The translations under genes were made by a program, and so were the position numbers. The notes under the pieces are model-generated. The model was given only the letters and a program-made list of their open reading frames with translations, ran no database searches and was not told where the DNA came from. A DNA stretch of 63,984 bases, the filler included, from Dimargaris cristalligena (Eukaryota), in the NCBI GenBank assembly GCA_003614675.1. It is 14 parts of 14 records of this genome, joined end to end, with 100 filler letters (N's around TTAATTAATTAA, not from the genome) between each part and the next. Parts side by side here need not be neighbours in the genome. Positions count along the whole stretch, not along the records: positions 23,051 to 27,551 come from ML003766.1; positions 27,652 to 32,151 come from ML003767.1; positions 32,252 to 36,748 come from ML003768.1; positions 36,849 to 41,341 come from ML003769.1; 10 more parts are not named here. The stretch is one strand, 5' to 3'. Below are positions 25,754 through 38,035 of this stretch, piece by piece (the first letter of the stretch is position 1; every line of letters begins with the position of its first letter).

Positions 25754-26945
25754 TCCCTCCGTATACAGGTGCCTATGGGCTTACTATCACTACCCCAGCC
25801 ATTCGATTTCTTATATTAATTTTTAATTTTTTTTTTAAAAAAAAAACAATCATTTACAGTCCGATATCTATATATTTCTGCATCGCGACCGGGTCGCGAT
25901 TATATAGCTATATAAATATATCTCGCTAACCGTACTATTCAGACTGCCGAACAATTGTTCTTCCTTAATCAAGCAACACGAATGTCTTTTCATTCCCCCA
26001 TTTTTTAACGCGACTGTTCCCTCCCACCCGCTTAATTAGACTGGATTCCTATTACTTTGCCCTGGTTTATTATTATTATTATTATTATTATTTGGTACCG
26101 CTCCCCCTTTCCCCGCGAATCTTTTTACGTAGTTCTTCTCCCGCAGCATCGGCCGTGTGAGGTCTTGACCATGCTTCTTTTTTATTATTTTTATACTTTT
26201 GATACACATGTATTTTTACCATGCGTAGTTTTTCCTTCAACCTCCCCCTTCCTTGTTTCTTCGGTCAGTAGTAGTCTTCTCACTTAGTTTTAGTCGACAA
26301 GAATAGGTCAATGCCATCAAATAAACACTGGTGCGTTATTGTTGGTTTGTCGGAGATTATTGTGCAGGAATTCATTCGGCTTGCTGTATAAGCGTGCGGG
26401 TGAGATGGAATGGTAAATAGTCGGAGTAATCAATGGAACATGGTCTTAGTTGTGCCCCACCAGTAATTTATATATTGAGTCAGGTGACCACTATTCTGAA
26501 GCTATTGATGATGGGGGTTTTTTCAGGGAGCTGGGAAATATTCCCCCCTCCCCCATTGTATACAAAAGAAATGAGCATGGGTAGTAGTGGCGCGTAGGTT
26601 GGGGCGATTCGTAGTAGACCAACTGCGACTACTAATGGTGTGAGCAGAGGAGATTGCGCGCAGGCTATGTGTATGTGTGTACCCGCCATCCACAATGTAT
26701 GTCCTACCTACTTTCGAGGCCAAGCGTACTTAGTATAGAGCACACGGAGAGCGACGACTGGCTTAGTTAGTAATGCTCACACTCTGGTGCCTCTCGATCC
26801 TGAATCCCCCCAGTGACCTCTTATCTCTCCCCCCATTAAACGTGAATCTATCTTTTGATCCTTTCAATTCAACAGTTCTTCTCGCTTCCCTTTCTCCCTT
26901 TCGCTTATCCACTTCCCCTCCTCCCCTTTCGCCACAACCATCGCC

Positions 26946-27483
26946 ATGGCCTTCGCTTGGAAATCCGCCAACATTAGGTATGGTTTTGGACTAGGTTTCC
27001 CCTACTTTATTACATAAGTCGCCCTCTCTCTCTCTCCCTCTGGCGTAGCTTTCATGAGTTTACCCATTCTTGGATACATGGGGAGACCCCTACGCTCGGT
27101 GAAACGAAAACCGGGGGGGGACTCCCACCTTGATCGTGCCCATCACCACCTCAAGAGTAGTTTTGGACTTCTCTTTGCTTCATAGCCTCTACACCGTATA
27201 TATCCCTAGAGGCACCGAACATCTGAAGCACCTAGGAGAAAATAACGGTCAGCTAACCCAACCAACCCTTCCTCACCTATGTTTGCCTCTATTATCTCTA
27301 ACTTCACCATACCATACCAAACCATTTCTTATTTTCCCCATCTCCAGCTACCTGCAGTACTCCCAGATCTGCGCTGCGGCCCTCCGCAACGTGGTCAAGG
27401 CCGACCTCAAGATTGCCGTCAGCAAGCGCCAGAGCAACCCCTTCAAGGTTTCTGAGTGGAAAGCCGGTCAGATCGTGGATACC
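26946..27483 (+). CDS. ATP15: Mitochondrial F1Fo ATP synthase epsilon subunit (last exon missing)
   Basis: Exon 26946-26977, GTATGG...CAG intron, exon 27348-27483 give MAFAWKSANISYLQYSQICAAALRNVVKADLKIAVSKRQSNPFKVSEWKAGQ; next donor GTAAGT at 27484. Confidence 0.85.
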
Positions 27484-27651
27484 GTAAGTGAACCTTTTAA
27501 TTGCGATAGTTTCTCCATCTATTGGGAGGTGGTCTTCTATAATGTAGAATGNNNNNNNNNNNNNNNNNNNNNNNNNNNNNNNNNNNNNNNNNNNNTTAAT
27601 TAATTAANNNNNNNNNNNNNNNNNNNNNNNNNNNNNNNNNNNNNNNNNNNN

Positions 27652-27839
27652 CCCTTTGTACTAACTAGTAAATGTGCTGCTGCACATCCCTTGCATATGC
27701 CAATACTTATCCATTATTGGTTAATACTGTACCCCATCCTAACACTAGTAGCCCACTTGGCTGAGTCAAAGCCCCACCTACCATTAGAAGCCTATCCTTA
27801 GGACTCCTGATGGACTAAGAGTAGTTAACCTGGGTGATA
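27652..27839 (+). mobile_element. Partial LTR, family A
   Basis: ...AGAAGCCTATCCTTAGGACTCCTGATGGACTAAGAGTAGTTAACCTGGGTGATA. Confidence 0.8.
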
Positions 27840-28321
27840 AACTACAACTTTCAAAGGTATAAATATCCAAGTAATATAAAGTAATAGTAAAGGTAGTTTT
27901 ATTATAAAGAAAAAGATAGAAGAAAATTGATACCCAAAAATTAACATAATGAAATTGACACAGAAAAAAAGAGGGAAAAAAGTTTCCCTTATATATAAAA
28001 ATGCACACTAATATATATACTAATCACTTGCATGAGTGTGCTAATCAACTGCATATATGGTCTGATCACCTGCATTAATAGTACATATTATCCTCAAAAA
28101 ATGCTAAGACTTTGTACTCTACAGTTAAGAGTGCCAAGCCATTCTCTGTATAGGATAGAGAATAATTAAAACCAATAAGACTAGTGAACCTATATAACTA
28201 ATTGTAGGGAAAATGAGAATTCACATAGTAAACTAATTAAAGAAAGGATAGGAATAAAACCAACTAACCACTAGTAATTAAGTATGAATATGCATACCCA
28301 ATTATATGAAAAGGGTAGATT

Positions 28322-28535
28322 TATTAGAAAACCATTTCATCCCAAGTGTGGAATATTCTTCCCAATGTGTCACATGCTTATTGGCCTCCTATTGGTCAGA
28401 TTTTTCCTAATAAAACTATTGCGGGGAGCTTAATCATCTCCTTGAGGTTCTTTCCTACTTTTATCTAATTTTGACTTAAGCTTTATTATCAATCTCAGAT
28501 TATCATCTATGAAAGAACTTGCAGTTATTCTAACA
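28322..28535 (+). repeat. 5' LTR of the copia element (family B, 214 bp)
   Basis: TATTAGAA (decayed TGTTAGAA)...TTCTAACA directly followed by the PBS; similar to the reverse complement of 48880-49086. Confidence 0.75.
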
Positions 28536-28548
28536 GGTTATGAGCCCT
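28536..28548 (+). promoter_or_regulatory. Primer-binding site of half-tRNA-iMet type
   Basis: GGTTATGAGCCCT immediately after LTR ...AACA, as in Ty5 and Drosophila copia, which prime from the anticodon stem-loop of initiator tRNA-Met. Confidence 0.8.
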
Positions 28549-31500
28549 GCAGTCCATGCTACTCATTGCACAAACATCCCTATAAAACTCTATTCTTAAA
28601 TACTTACTCTGCTAGTGAATAAATCATACCTCACTTAAGAACTTGATCCATCCATCTTTATCAGTATTGTCAATCATCGTAACCCATCCATCCATCCAAT
28701 CAACAATAGCGTCAATCAAAACTTTTACATTCCCATTCCCTTGCCTAACTGGCAACAACTACAAGATGTGGGCAGGCGACATGCAAGCCATCCTTGAAAT
28801 GGAAGACCTTTGGGCAATCATCATTGATCCACCAACCCCAAAAGAGGAAAAGATTGACATGGCAATCCATCATACCAAACACCTGATGGATCGTAAGGCT
28901 GCTTGTTATCTCCATCAAGCAACCAGTGAGAAGATTCATAACACTCTTCCACTGAGCAAGACTGAAAAAGAGATCTGGGATACCCTCACTAACCAGTATG
29001 CCCATATAATGTCAACAAAGGTTTACTGCCTACACACCCAACTCTACCACCTGAAACAGGGTAATATGAGTATCAGTGACTTGGCAACACAAATCGAAAC
29101 ACTGGATGACAAACTGGCACAATTCAAATTGTCCCATGACCAGTGCTGAATGCTCATTCTTCTTCAATCTGTGGATCTGAAGTACCATGCATATGTGACT
29201 CAGTGGTACAGTCGACCCCTGACTGACTACAACTTCACACAGGTCATCCAAATGTTCCTTGAGGCTGAAGAATACCTGACCAATCAGGATCCCAGTATTG
29301 TAGTGGTTAAGGCAGCTATGCAGGTAAAAACTGGGAAAGCAAAACACAAAACCAAAGTTAGTAATGGGAATGATAGTAATTGCTATTGTCATATCCATCA
29401 AACAAACTCTCACTCTACTGATGAGTGTTCTGCTAACAAAGCCCAACTGGTACTTCATTTGAATGAGTGTGTTCTCAAAGTGATGGAGGAAACTGAGGAA
29501 GCTAATTGGGTCATTGACTCTGGTGCCTCATTCCATTACACCCCCCATAAGCACCTCATCACAAACCTGAAAACTTATCATCACACCCTAAATGATGCAG
29601 GTGGAAAGGTTCATCCAGTCACTGCAGTTGGTAAACTCACCATATTTGTAACTGCAATTAATGGCCAAAGAAACAAATTTACACTTGATAATGTTGGCTA
29701 TTGCCCTACCCTTAGGTACAACCTCATGTCAGTGTCTGCGAGTGATGAAATGGGGATTGAATTCGTATTCCGGGATGGGTGATGCAATATCACACAAAAT
29801 GGCAAATCGGTCCTGAGTGTTAGCAAAATCAATTCGTCTTATATCATTAAGGCTGAGTACCCACATCATGGGGAAGAAGCTGCCAAAAGGTGTGACCAAC
29901 CCGGCCGCTCACTGCTGGAGATTCATGAGGCACTTGGCTATGCCAACTTCGATATCATCAAACATGAAATTAAAAATGGCATTATCACTGATGTAAATCC
30001 GGCATCAATGAAACAGCCACTGAACTGCGAAACCTGTATTGCAAATAAGGCCATGCATAAATCCTTCAAAGGTGTGATGAGAAATTCTGAACACTTACTT
30101 GGGATTATTCATAGTGATGTGGCTGGCCCATTTCCGGTACCTGGTATTGGTAAAGAATTATTTATCGTCTCTTTTATTGATCATGCAAGTCACCTAGCCC
30201 GGGTCTACCTCATCAAACAAAAATCAGATGTTAGCAGAATTACTAAAGAATATATTATATTAGTCCAAAATCAAACGGGCAATTAAGTTCTTGAAATTCA
30301 TACTGATAATGGAGGTGAGTACATGGGCAAAGACTTCCAGGCTGTCATCTCCGAGTATGGTATCATCCATTCAACCACTGCGCTGGATTCACCACAACAA
30401 AATGGTATCGCTGAATGATTTAATTGTACTATTGTTGAGACTGCGCACTGTATGCTTAAAGATGCCAATATCCCTGACTATCTCTGGGGACAGGCAATAC
30501 TTATGGCTACAAAGATATGGAATCACTTGCCTAATAACAACCTCAATGGGAACTTCACCCATTTTCGCTGGTTTGGCCGCCATCCTAATCTAACAAAATA
30601 CAAAAAGTTTGGGTCGAAGGTTTATGTTAATATCCCTAAAATCCATCACACTAAACTTGATAGTATAGCCCAGCCCATGATTTACCTTGGGCCAGTGGCA
30701 TCTGAAGGCCATCACAAAGTATATAATCCAAATACTAAATGGATCACTACTAGTCATGATGTGCACTTTATTACACCTGATGACTTACATACCATCAATG
30801 ATTCAATTAACAATAGGTTATATCTTACCTATTCACCACCGGCCACTATCACCCAATACGACGTCATCAACGAGCCCGGGGATAACCATCCAACCATTGA
30901 ATCATTCATCAGAAATTCAAGCGCAGGGGAATTTACTGACAATAACAATTTGGATAACAATCCAGTGGTACAAATCCCTGAATCTATTAATGAAGGGAAC
31001 AGTACATCACCAGTTAGTCAACGTCCTAAACGTCAAGCAGCAATAGAGGCTCAGGCTGGAATCCGCGAAAATCTAGCCCCATCTTATAAACGGCGGACTT
31101 TGGCCGATCATGACGTTGCCCTACTGGTAGTACCGGGTCCGAATTCCTATAAGGATGCCATGGCCCAAGAGGACAAAAACGAGTGGTTAATTGCCGTCAA
31201 ACAGGAACTGGCATCAATGTCTAACCATGACGTTTGGGACCTTGTCCCACCTCCTAAAGGTCGAAAAATCATTCCCTGCCGCTGGGTTTTTGTTACTAAA
31301 CTAAATCCTGATGGTAGTATTGATAGACGAAAGGGCCGATTGGTAGTAAAAGGATTCCACCAGTGTGAGGGTGTTGATTACTTTGAAACTTATGCCCCAG
31401 TAGTCCGTTATTCTACAATTCACATTCTACTTGCGATGGCTGCTAAATATAATCTATTGGTACATCAGATGGACGTTAAAACAGTTTCCTGAATGGTGAA

Positions 31501-32096
31501 CTAGATGAAGATATTTACATGAGTCCTCCTGAAGGACTTGAACTCCCGAAACCCAGACTTGTCTGCAAATTAAAACGCAGTCTATATGGACTTAAACAGT
31601 CCCCTAGAATGTGGAATGAAATGTTTGACGAGATTATGGTTAGTAAAGGATTCCAATGTCTGGAAACAGACTATGGATTATATACAACTAAACGTAATGG
31701 TAATAATCTTATTATACTTACTGTTTATGTTGATGTCCTCTTGATTGCCACCACTAATACTGACGATATCAACTGGACAAAATCTATTCTCAAAAATCAT
31801 TTCGAAATGACTGACCAGGGTGAACTCACATTTATCCTAGGGATCCAAGTTGAACAGAAACTGATTGCTAAGGGGAAACAAATTACAATTCACCAAGAAA
31901 AATATATTAGCAATATACTCGTGAAATATGACATGGTTAACTGTAATTCCACCAAAACTCCAATAGAACATGGGTATTACCCTAATCCTGCTGGACAAGA
32001 TGAAAACATCACAAAAGCACTGTATGCTAACTTACTGGGGAGTCTATTGTACCTGGCAAACTCAACACGTCCTGACATCTCGTATGTGGTTAATTG

Positions 32097-32151
32097 TGTT
32101 GGAGTAACCGCAGATTCTCTTAGTTATAATCCAAGATAGACTAAAGATAAA
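32097..32151 (-). mobile_element. Family B LTR nested in the copia RT region, opposite orientation
   Basis: TGTTGGAGTAACCGCAGATTCTCTTAGTTATAATCCAAGATAGACTAAAGAT, near-identical to the start of 48880; interrupts the ORF after RPDISYVVN. Confidence 0.85.
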
Positions 32152-32251
32152 NNNNNNNNNNNNNNNNNNNNNNNNNNNNNNNNNNNNNNNNNNNNTTAAT
32201 TAATTAANNNNNNNNNNNNNNNNNNNNNNNNNNNNNNNNNNNNNNNNNNNN

Positions 32252-35200
32252 AAGGAAGGCTAGGGTTATTAAAAGCCGTACCACCCAGCGACTCCGGGAC
32301 GGGCGGACTGATTTCAATGATAACGTTAAATGGCAACAGATTATTTGAATCCAAAGAGGGTCGGCCGAAGGTGAGCGATACATCCAAAATGAGACCAGGC
32401 AACCAACGGACCGGGCCGGGGGATGGTGTCGAAGAGGGCTGGAATGTGTATACTCGTAGACACCCCGGCGCCATTTCCACCACTTTAAGGCAGCCTAATA
32501 AAGGCTCCGATGACGCTGTTGAACTAGTAGGACCACTACCCTCCCCTACGATACCATCACCCCTACGGTCACCCGTGGATTGTATCAGGGTTACTCCAGG
32601 ACGGGGCTGTGTTAAAAGGCGATGCATCCGGGTGCGCCAAGTTTGGGTCAGGTGGAATTGAATCCAGTCAGCCAGTTCCGAATTATTCAACAAAGTAACC
32701 ACTGGTACCGGTACCGGCATCGAGCCCACTGCTAGTCGGTTAGAATGTCCTACGGGGGTCGTTGAGGGGGAACAGGTCATAATTTCCACCCGGCCCGGTT
32801 GACGAACCCGCAACCAAAACGACGTCAAGGTCGCGGTGCCATTGTCTTCCCCGCGCCGACCAAGAGTCCAGTGCAGGTGTTGCTGTTGGGTCCGGTATAC
32901 GGAACAACGTTCGGCTAGTCGCTGCCAGTTCAAACGAGCATCCCGGGGCTCGGCCACGATGGCCCGTACGGGCGTGCCGAGGTGGGTAAATAGGGTGGCC
33001 AGCTTAGCCAGGGTTAGTGGAGGGGGCGGTGGGGCCAAGGGGACCGATGCGGACGAGCGGTGGTGGATAATTTCCCCCGTCGACGTGGTCGTTCGGTGGG
33101 CCGACCGGGCGATCTCTTTTTGCACCCGGGTCCACTGACTATAGAGTTCGTGCTGATCTTCCATAGTTCGGGGCGACCAAATGACCGGGCCTGCCGCCGG
33201 GGTGATGGTCGATGAGGGCGGTTCAACCGCCCAATCTAACCCTAAATGGAGGTCAAACCGGCTCCCCCAACGGTTAGCCGCATTGAGAATGGACCAGACC
33301 GTGAAGAACGTATCCGGCAGTCCCACCCCCGTCAACAAGGGCGGAAGTAGGGCCAAGGGGGGGTGGGACGGCGAACGTAATCTGATCCAACCGGGCTTCG
33401 CTGCGGTACATGACGCGGTGCCGGTTGATTTGGCGGTGTTTGTTAAACCGGAACTGCCGGCACAGGGTGAGGTCGAGAACAACTTTAATGAAATCCGGGT
33501 GACTGCTCAGACTGCCAATCATGGCCGAAGTCGGAGCCTCGGTTTTCGTTTTCGGGGCGTCTGCCTGGGACCCTTGGTCCACCAGTTCGAAATCGAGGGT
33601 AAGGGCCCGTTCGGGCGAGTTTAACCCGGCTAGCCGGGGCCCCGTGCGGAACCCAGTGAGGCCCGCCGAGCCCGGCCAAACAATGGAAATCACCCGATTC
33701 GCCTCCGCCAGGGAATCATTGGCCTGGAGCACTTTGGCTTCCCTCAGTAGGCGGTGGTATAACTCAGTATCGAATAAGCTGTGCTGGGCCTCTAAAAGCT
33801 GCAGGTGACGAGCTTGGGTGGCGTCGATAGCAGTAGCCGGGCCGGTTTCTTGACTCGTTTCGCTAGAGAGAGTGGTTGGACGGGATTCGGCTAATACGGT
33901 TTGATTAGTCCCATCGACTACGACAACGCGCAAATAAGGGGCCTTGGCTTTTGGGAAGCTGAGTTTAATGTCCGCACCGGACGAGTCTTGAGTGGGGTTG
34001 GCCGGGGCCAACGATGGGTGCCGGCGAATAAGATCAGCTATACCCTTTTCCCAATATGTTGAGCCCACTAATGGAATGGATAAATGACGTATTTACAGAT
34101 GCAAAAGAGGTTTAGCATGGTTTAGCACGTCGGTGATATTAATGTATACTATTCCATGGAAGATATCGTAAGTAATATCACCAACCCCATTCCTAACTGG
34201 GTTTAGATTTATCCTATAGCGGATCGCTTGATTAACCGTTTAGGAATCATTTTTCATGCCCTTACCATTTTCGTATCCGTAAAGAACATGGAAAGTTGAC
34301 CTGATATTATCCCGCCCCCCTATTTTGCCCTCGTCGAGCTTCCGGGATTGGATAATCCAGTTCTTCTGTCGCAACTCTAGGGCTTGCTTCCAGAAACTGT
34401 GTTCTTCATTGATGACCGTTTCAAGTGACGTTGCGTGCTGTGATAGAATTTGACTAGCGGCTTTCAATTGCTATAATGGTATAAATAGATGAACATACAA
34501 CAAAATCCATACATATTAGTTTAAAAGGATTAGACATGAGGCTCATTGTCAGCCGGGTTGAGAATTAAAAGCGCATGGCAAGTTTTCTGAAGCGATACTT
34601 ACCGAACGCTTGGCTGCCAGGCCCAGTTTAGCCTTGAGAATCTGCGCCGAAGTGTCCGGTTTACTTGGGTTAATGTAGGTAAAACTTATCGCGTTCGCCG
34701 GCAGGGGCAGGGGTTGACTAGCCGCCGCAGCTGCCGCCGCTTTATTAGCGGCCAAGACTGCCAGCGGATCGCTAGTTTTGGAGCTACCGTTCGTGGTGGC
34801 CCCAGTAGTAATGGCCGCCGCGGCGGGTTTTAAATAGGCCAGTAACTGGTTCACTACATCAAAGGCCACCCCCACTTCCGAATGGGCATGGAACAGCTGT
34901 TCGTGGAGGTGCTGTTGCATCTCGGATATGGACCTTTGGGTTTCAGTCGAGGGATTACTATCATCATCATCGTCTTTGACACTATTACCGACTCCCTCCT
35001 CCGCCTTTTGCCTGGAGGTATCGGGGGTCTTTTCGGGGTCGGCAATGGATGGCTCGCTCGATGACGCGTCAGTCGTGTCAGGAAGTCCCCTTAAGTTGGG
35101 ATTCTGCGACCATAATTTAAAAACTTGTTCGTTGAGTCGATCGGTAGTAGATAGCGGTCTATATTTGGGGATGAGGAGTATTCAGGTGCAAGGAGTAGTT

Positions 35201-35647
35201 CATGGATAAGTAGAAGGGTTAGCAGGCGTAAATCAGGTGACGGATGTATTTATATTTATATATATATTTATATTCGAAGGACTTCTGAACCTAATGGTCG
35301 GCCCACCTCATTCAAGGGATAAGCACATGGAGAGCGATTCGAACTGACAGATTCCCCCCCAAAAAAGAAATATACATTCGTAGTCCCAAAGTGCGCGGTT
35401 TCTCCCGATTCACACGCGCCCATGGGGTCTGCTCCGATGCCACAGCTAGGGACCGGGCCATGACTTACGGTTTGTAGACCAGAAACCCCTTCTCGGTGAC
35501 ATCATAGGGAACCGCTGCCGCCGCCGAGGTGGGCAAGGGCTTATCACTAGTCGGTTGGGGCACCGCTGTGGCATCCTCAAGAGCTAAACGGAGTTTCTTC
35601 TCTGGTGGGGGACCATGCGCACTCGACGGATGAAGCTCCGAGGCCAT
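32252..35647 (-). CDS. MED17: Mediator subunit Med17 (Srb4), 3' truncated, apparent 1-nt frameshift
   Basis: Exons 35647-35469, 35158-34603, 34470-34266 and 34067 to scaffold end with GT-AG introns. Motifs AHSEVGVAFDVVNQLL, EHSFWKQALELRQKNW, YGYENVGS, LLEAQHSLFDTELYHRLLREA. Frame switch near the G7 run at 33357-33363. Confidence 0.8.
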
Positions 35648-36848
35648 TGGGCTGGCGGGGAATTCGAGTGGGTGACGGAGGTAAAAAGATAAAAGGGGTA
35701 TATGTCTATTATAAGAAAATAAATACAATCGAATGTAGAAAGCGAAGCTATGGAAGCGAGGACACAAAGAGAAGAATGCCGAATTATAAAGATTGGTCGG
35801 CCATCTATATAACTTGGAACCCCCCACAAAAAAAGGCGGAGTGGCTGGCTAATTTGTTTCTGTCTCCGTTTTGGAAAAACAGCTTTGGAATCAGAAGCAA
35901 TTTGGGAAGGAAGAGCAAGCGTGTCTCTGTTAATGATACAGTCTCTGTTCTAACATACTAATAAACCCTATTTAGGAGATTTTTGGGCTCCATTTGCAAA
36001 TTCTTCGTATGAAATGTAAAATTTCCTGGTTATGGAGAAAATAATTACAGGCATTACTACTATGGTGGCAGTTGAATCCAGATAATGGTCACGTAAGTAT
36101 AAGCCTCTATGTCGACAAATATCTTGGCTACCTCCCTGACAGGGCTCATTATCCCAATCACCTTTTACAAGCCCATTTATACGTCACAATTCATGGGGTT
36201 AAAACTAATGAAAGGGACAGCCAGTCATTAGCCGTTAATATAACATCATATTCATACACCCATTCACAGTGATGCTAAACCGTTCATTAGTCTTGAAATG
36301 CCCGATCAGCGGATTTAAACATCTCTCGATCTTCAAAAGGTGCACCATTTATGTTATCCAAATGTGATCTTTAGGACTAATATAGGCTGAGCCCAACAAT
36401 GATGTGTTATTAAAATAAGTAATTTGATTGAATAGTGCCGTAATAACTCATCTAGAAATAGAATCCACTATAGTCCACAACTTACAAATCCACCTCTAAA
36501 AAATTCTCACCACACCCATAACTACCTAAAAAGCCGGAGAAAATAGGGGAGGGGGGTAAATTAAAGCCACTGGGGGTAGTGAGGTCCGAATTCAGGATAA
36601 GCCTTGAGTGTCTTATTCAACTCAGCCAGTACTGAAGTAGCCAAAGGAGGTCCCGCTCGACCCCGATGACGACCGCCCCTCCCGGCCGCCAATTTGGCTA
36701 GTGCGGAGGGGGATTCGAGCAACTGCATATAGCCGAACACTAAAAATANNNNNNNNNNNNNNNNNNNNNNNNNNNNNNNNNNNNNNNNNNNNTTAATTAA
36801 TTAANNNNNNNNNNNNNNNNNNNNNNNNNNNNNNNNNNNNNNNNNNNN

Positions 36849-37048
36849 GAAGGGATAAAAAGAAAGGGAGAAAGCTATTATTAGCTATTCTTTGAACAGG
36901 GGCACAGTTGGGCCAGGGGCAGTGTGAATGCAGGGGTATCATCCGGTCAGGGGCAGGGTCTCATTCACTCGTCAGGGGCGTACTTCCGATAAGTGTGAAA
37001 AATAGATTAAAAATAAAAGTAAGTAAAAAATATGGTAAGTTCACCACA
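36849..37048 (-). repeat. Repeat family F copy
   Basis: TCATTCACTCGTCAGGGGCGTACTTCCGATAAG...AAGTTCACCACA; keeps CpGs lost in the 8954 and 9619 copies. Confidence 0.7.
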
Positions 37049-37049
37049 A

Positions 37050-37803
37050 GGGGGCCTAGTGAAAAACTTATTGAGGTTGCTGGGGGTTAGAGGTTATAGG
37101 GGTAGAGGGGGGATCTGAGGTAGGGGAGTGTCCTTGGCAGCTAGGGTGTGCATGGTTAAAATAATGGGGACAATGAGGTTGGTTAGCCCAGGATTAGTGG
37201 ATCAGGGAAAGGACATCCTTATGGGGAATGAGGGATGGTCGGTCTAAATTAAGGAGGGTGGATGTGTCAGCATGAGGAGTAACAGCCTATGAGTAAAGGC
37301 AGATACAAAGATAGGAGAGGAGTATAATAGAATCAGCCAGTAGGGTGAGGGAATCAGCAAGGATAGGCAAGAGCAATTCAGGGTCAGTCAGACTACAGTA
37401 GATATGTGAAAGGGTAAAATCAAGGGGATGGGAAATACCACTCAGTCAGTATTGATTATTAGAAAGTAGGTGAGGGTTAGAGGGTAGTAGTAGGGAGGCA
37501 GGCAGGGTAACTGGGAGCCTCATAAGCACATAGTATATTACTAGGATAGAGATAAAGCAGGTAATGCTGGTCCTATTTAGGAAGGGCAGAAGAAAAAAGG
37601 TCACCACTAATCACAGGGAACTCCTATTGGAGGGCAGGCAAGGGAGAGAGGGTAAGGGCAGGAGGGGCAGTATCAATATCATCAGTGGAGGGGTCCATGG
37701 CCCTTGTCATCTCAGTATCAGGAGGGGGGATTGCAGAAGCATCTCATAAGGCTATAACAGCATCATTGAGTAGGCAGGAGTAATTAGTATTGGATAGGGC
37801 CAT
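37050..37803 (-). pseudogene. CpG-depleted relic ORF, probably transposon-derived
   Basis: Minus strand reads MALSNTNYSCLLNDAVIAL*DASAIPPPDTEM...LQ*EFP with stops; almost no CpG; no domain recognised. Confidence 0.3.
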
Positions 37804-38035
37804 AGTAAGTGTATAGGAATATAGTAAAGGAAAAAGGAATCAGTAACCATATAGGAAACACAATAGATACCTGTGAACAAAAGATGGTAAGGATCCTCAG
37901 AATAAGGAGGATACATACCTTATATTTTCAAATCAATTACTTTTTTTTTCTAATTGAGAAAAAAACACTTTACTAAAATTATGTTCAAAAACCAAAATAA
38001 AGGATTATACCTATTATTCCCACTGGGAATAATCC

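Larger units (their letters stand above)
28322..32096 (+). mobile_element. Degenerate Ty1/copia LTR retrotransposon (LTR-PBS-gag-PR-IN-RT, 3' truncated)
   Basis: Single reading frame with gag (LTGNNYKMW), zinc knuckle, protease WVIDSGAS, integrase IHSDVAGP/HTDNGGEY/PQQNG and RT (WVFVTK, GRLVVKGFHQ, LYGLKQSPR, YVDVLL). Stops at 29147, 29780, 30284 and 30416; frameshift near 31485. Confidence 0.95.

Noticed and set aside
26978..27347. Hairpins in the ATP15 intron (GCTTCA/TGAAGC, GCCTCTA/TAGAGGC) as a possible snoRNA or ribozyme
   Set aside because: No convincing H/ACA or C/D boxes and no hammerhead CUGAUGA core; would need an Infernal/Rfam search.
29147..30418. In-frame TGA/TAA codons as programmed readthrough or an alternative genetic code
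   Set aside because: Accompanied by many Arg-to-His/Cys changes and a frameshift; better explained by C-to-T decay.
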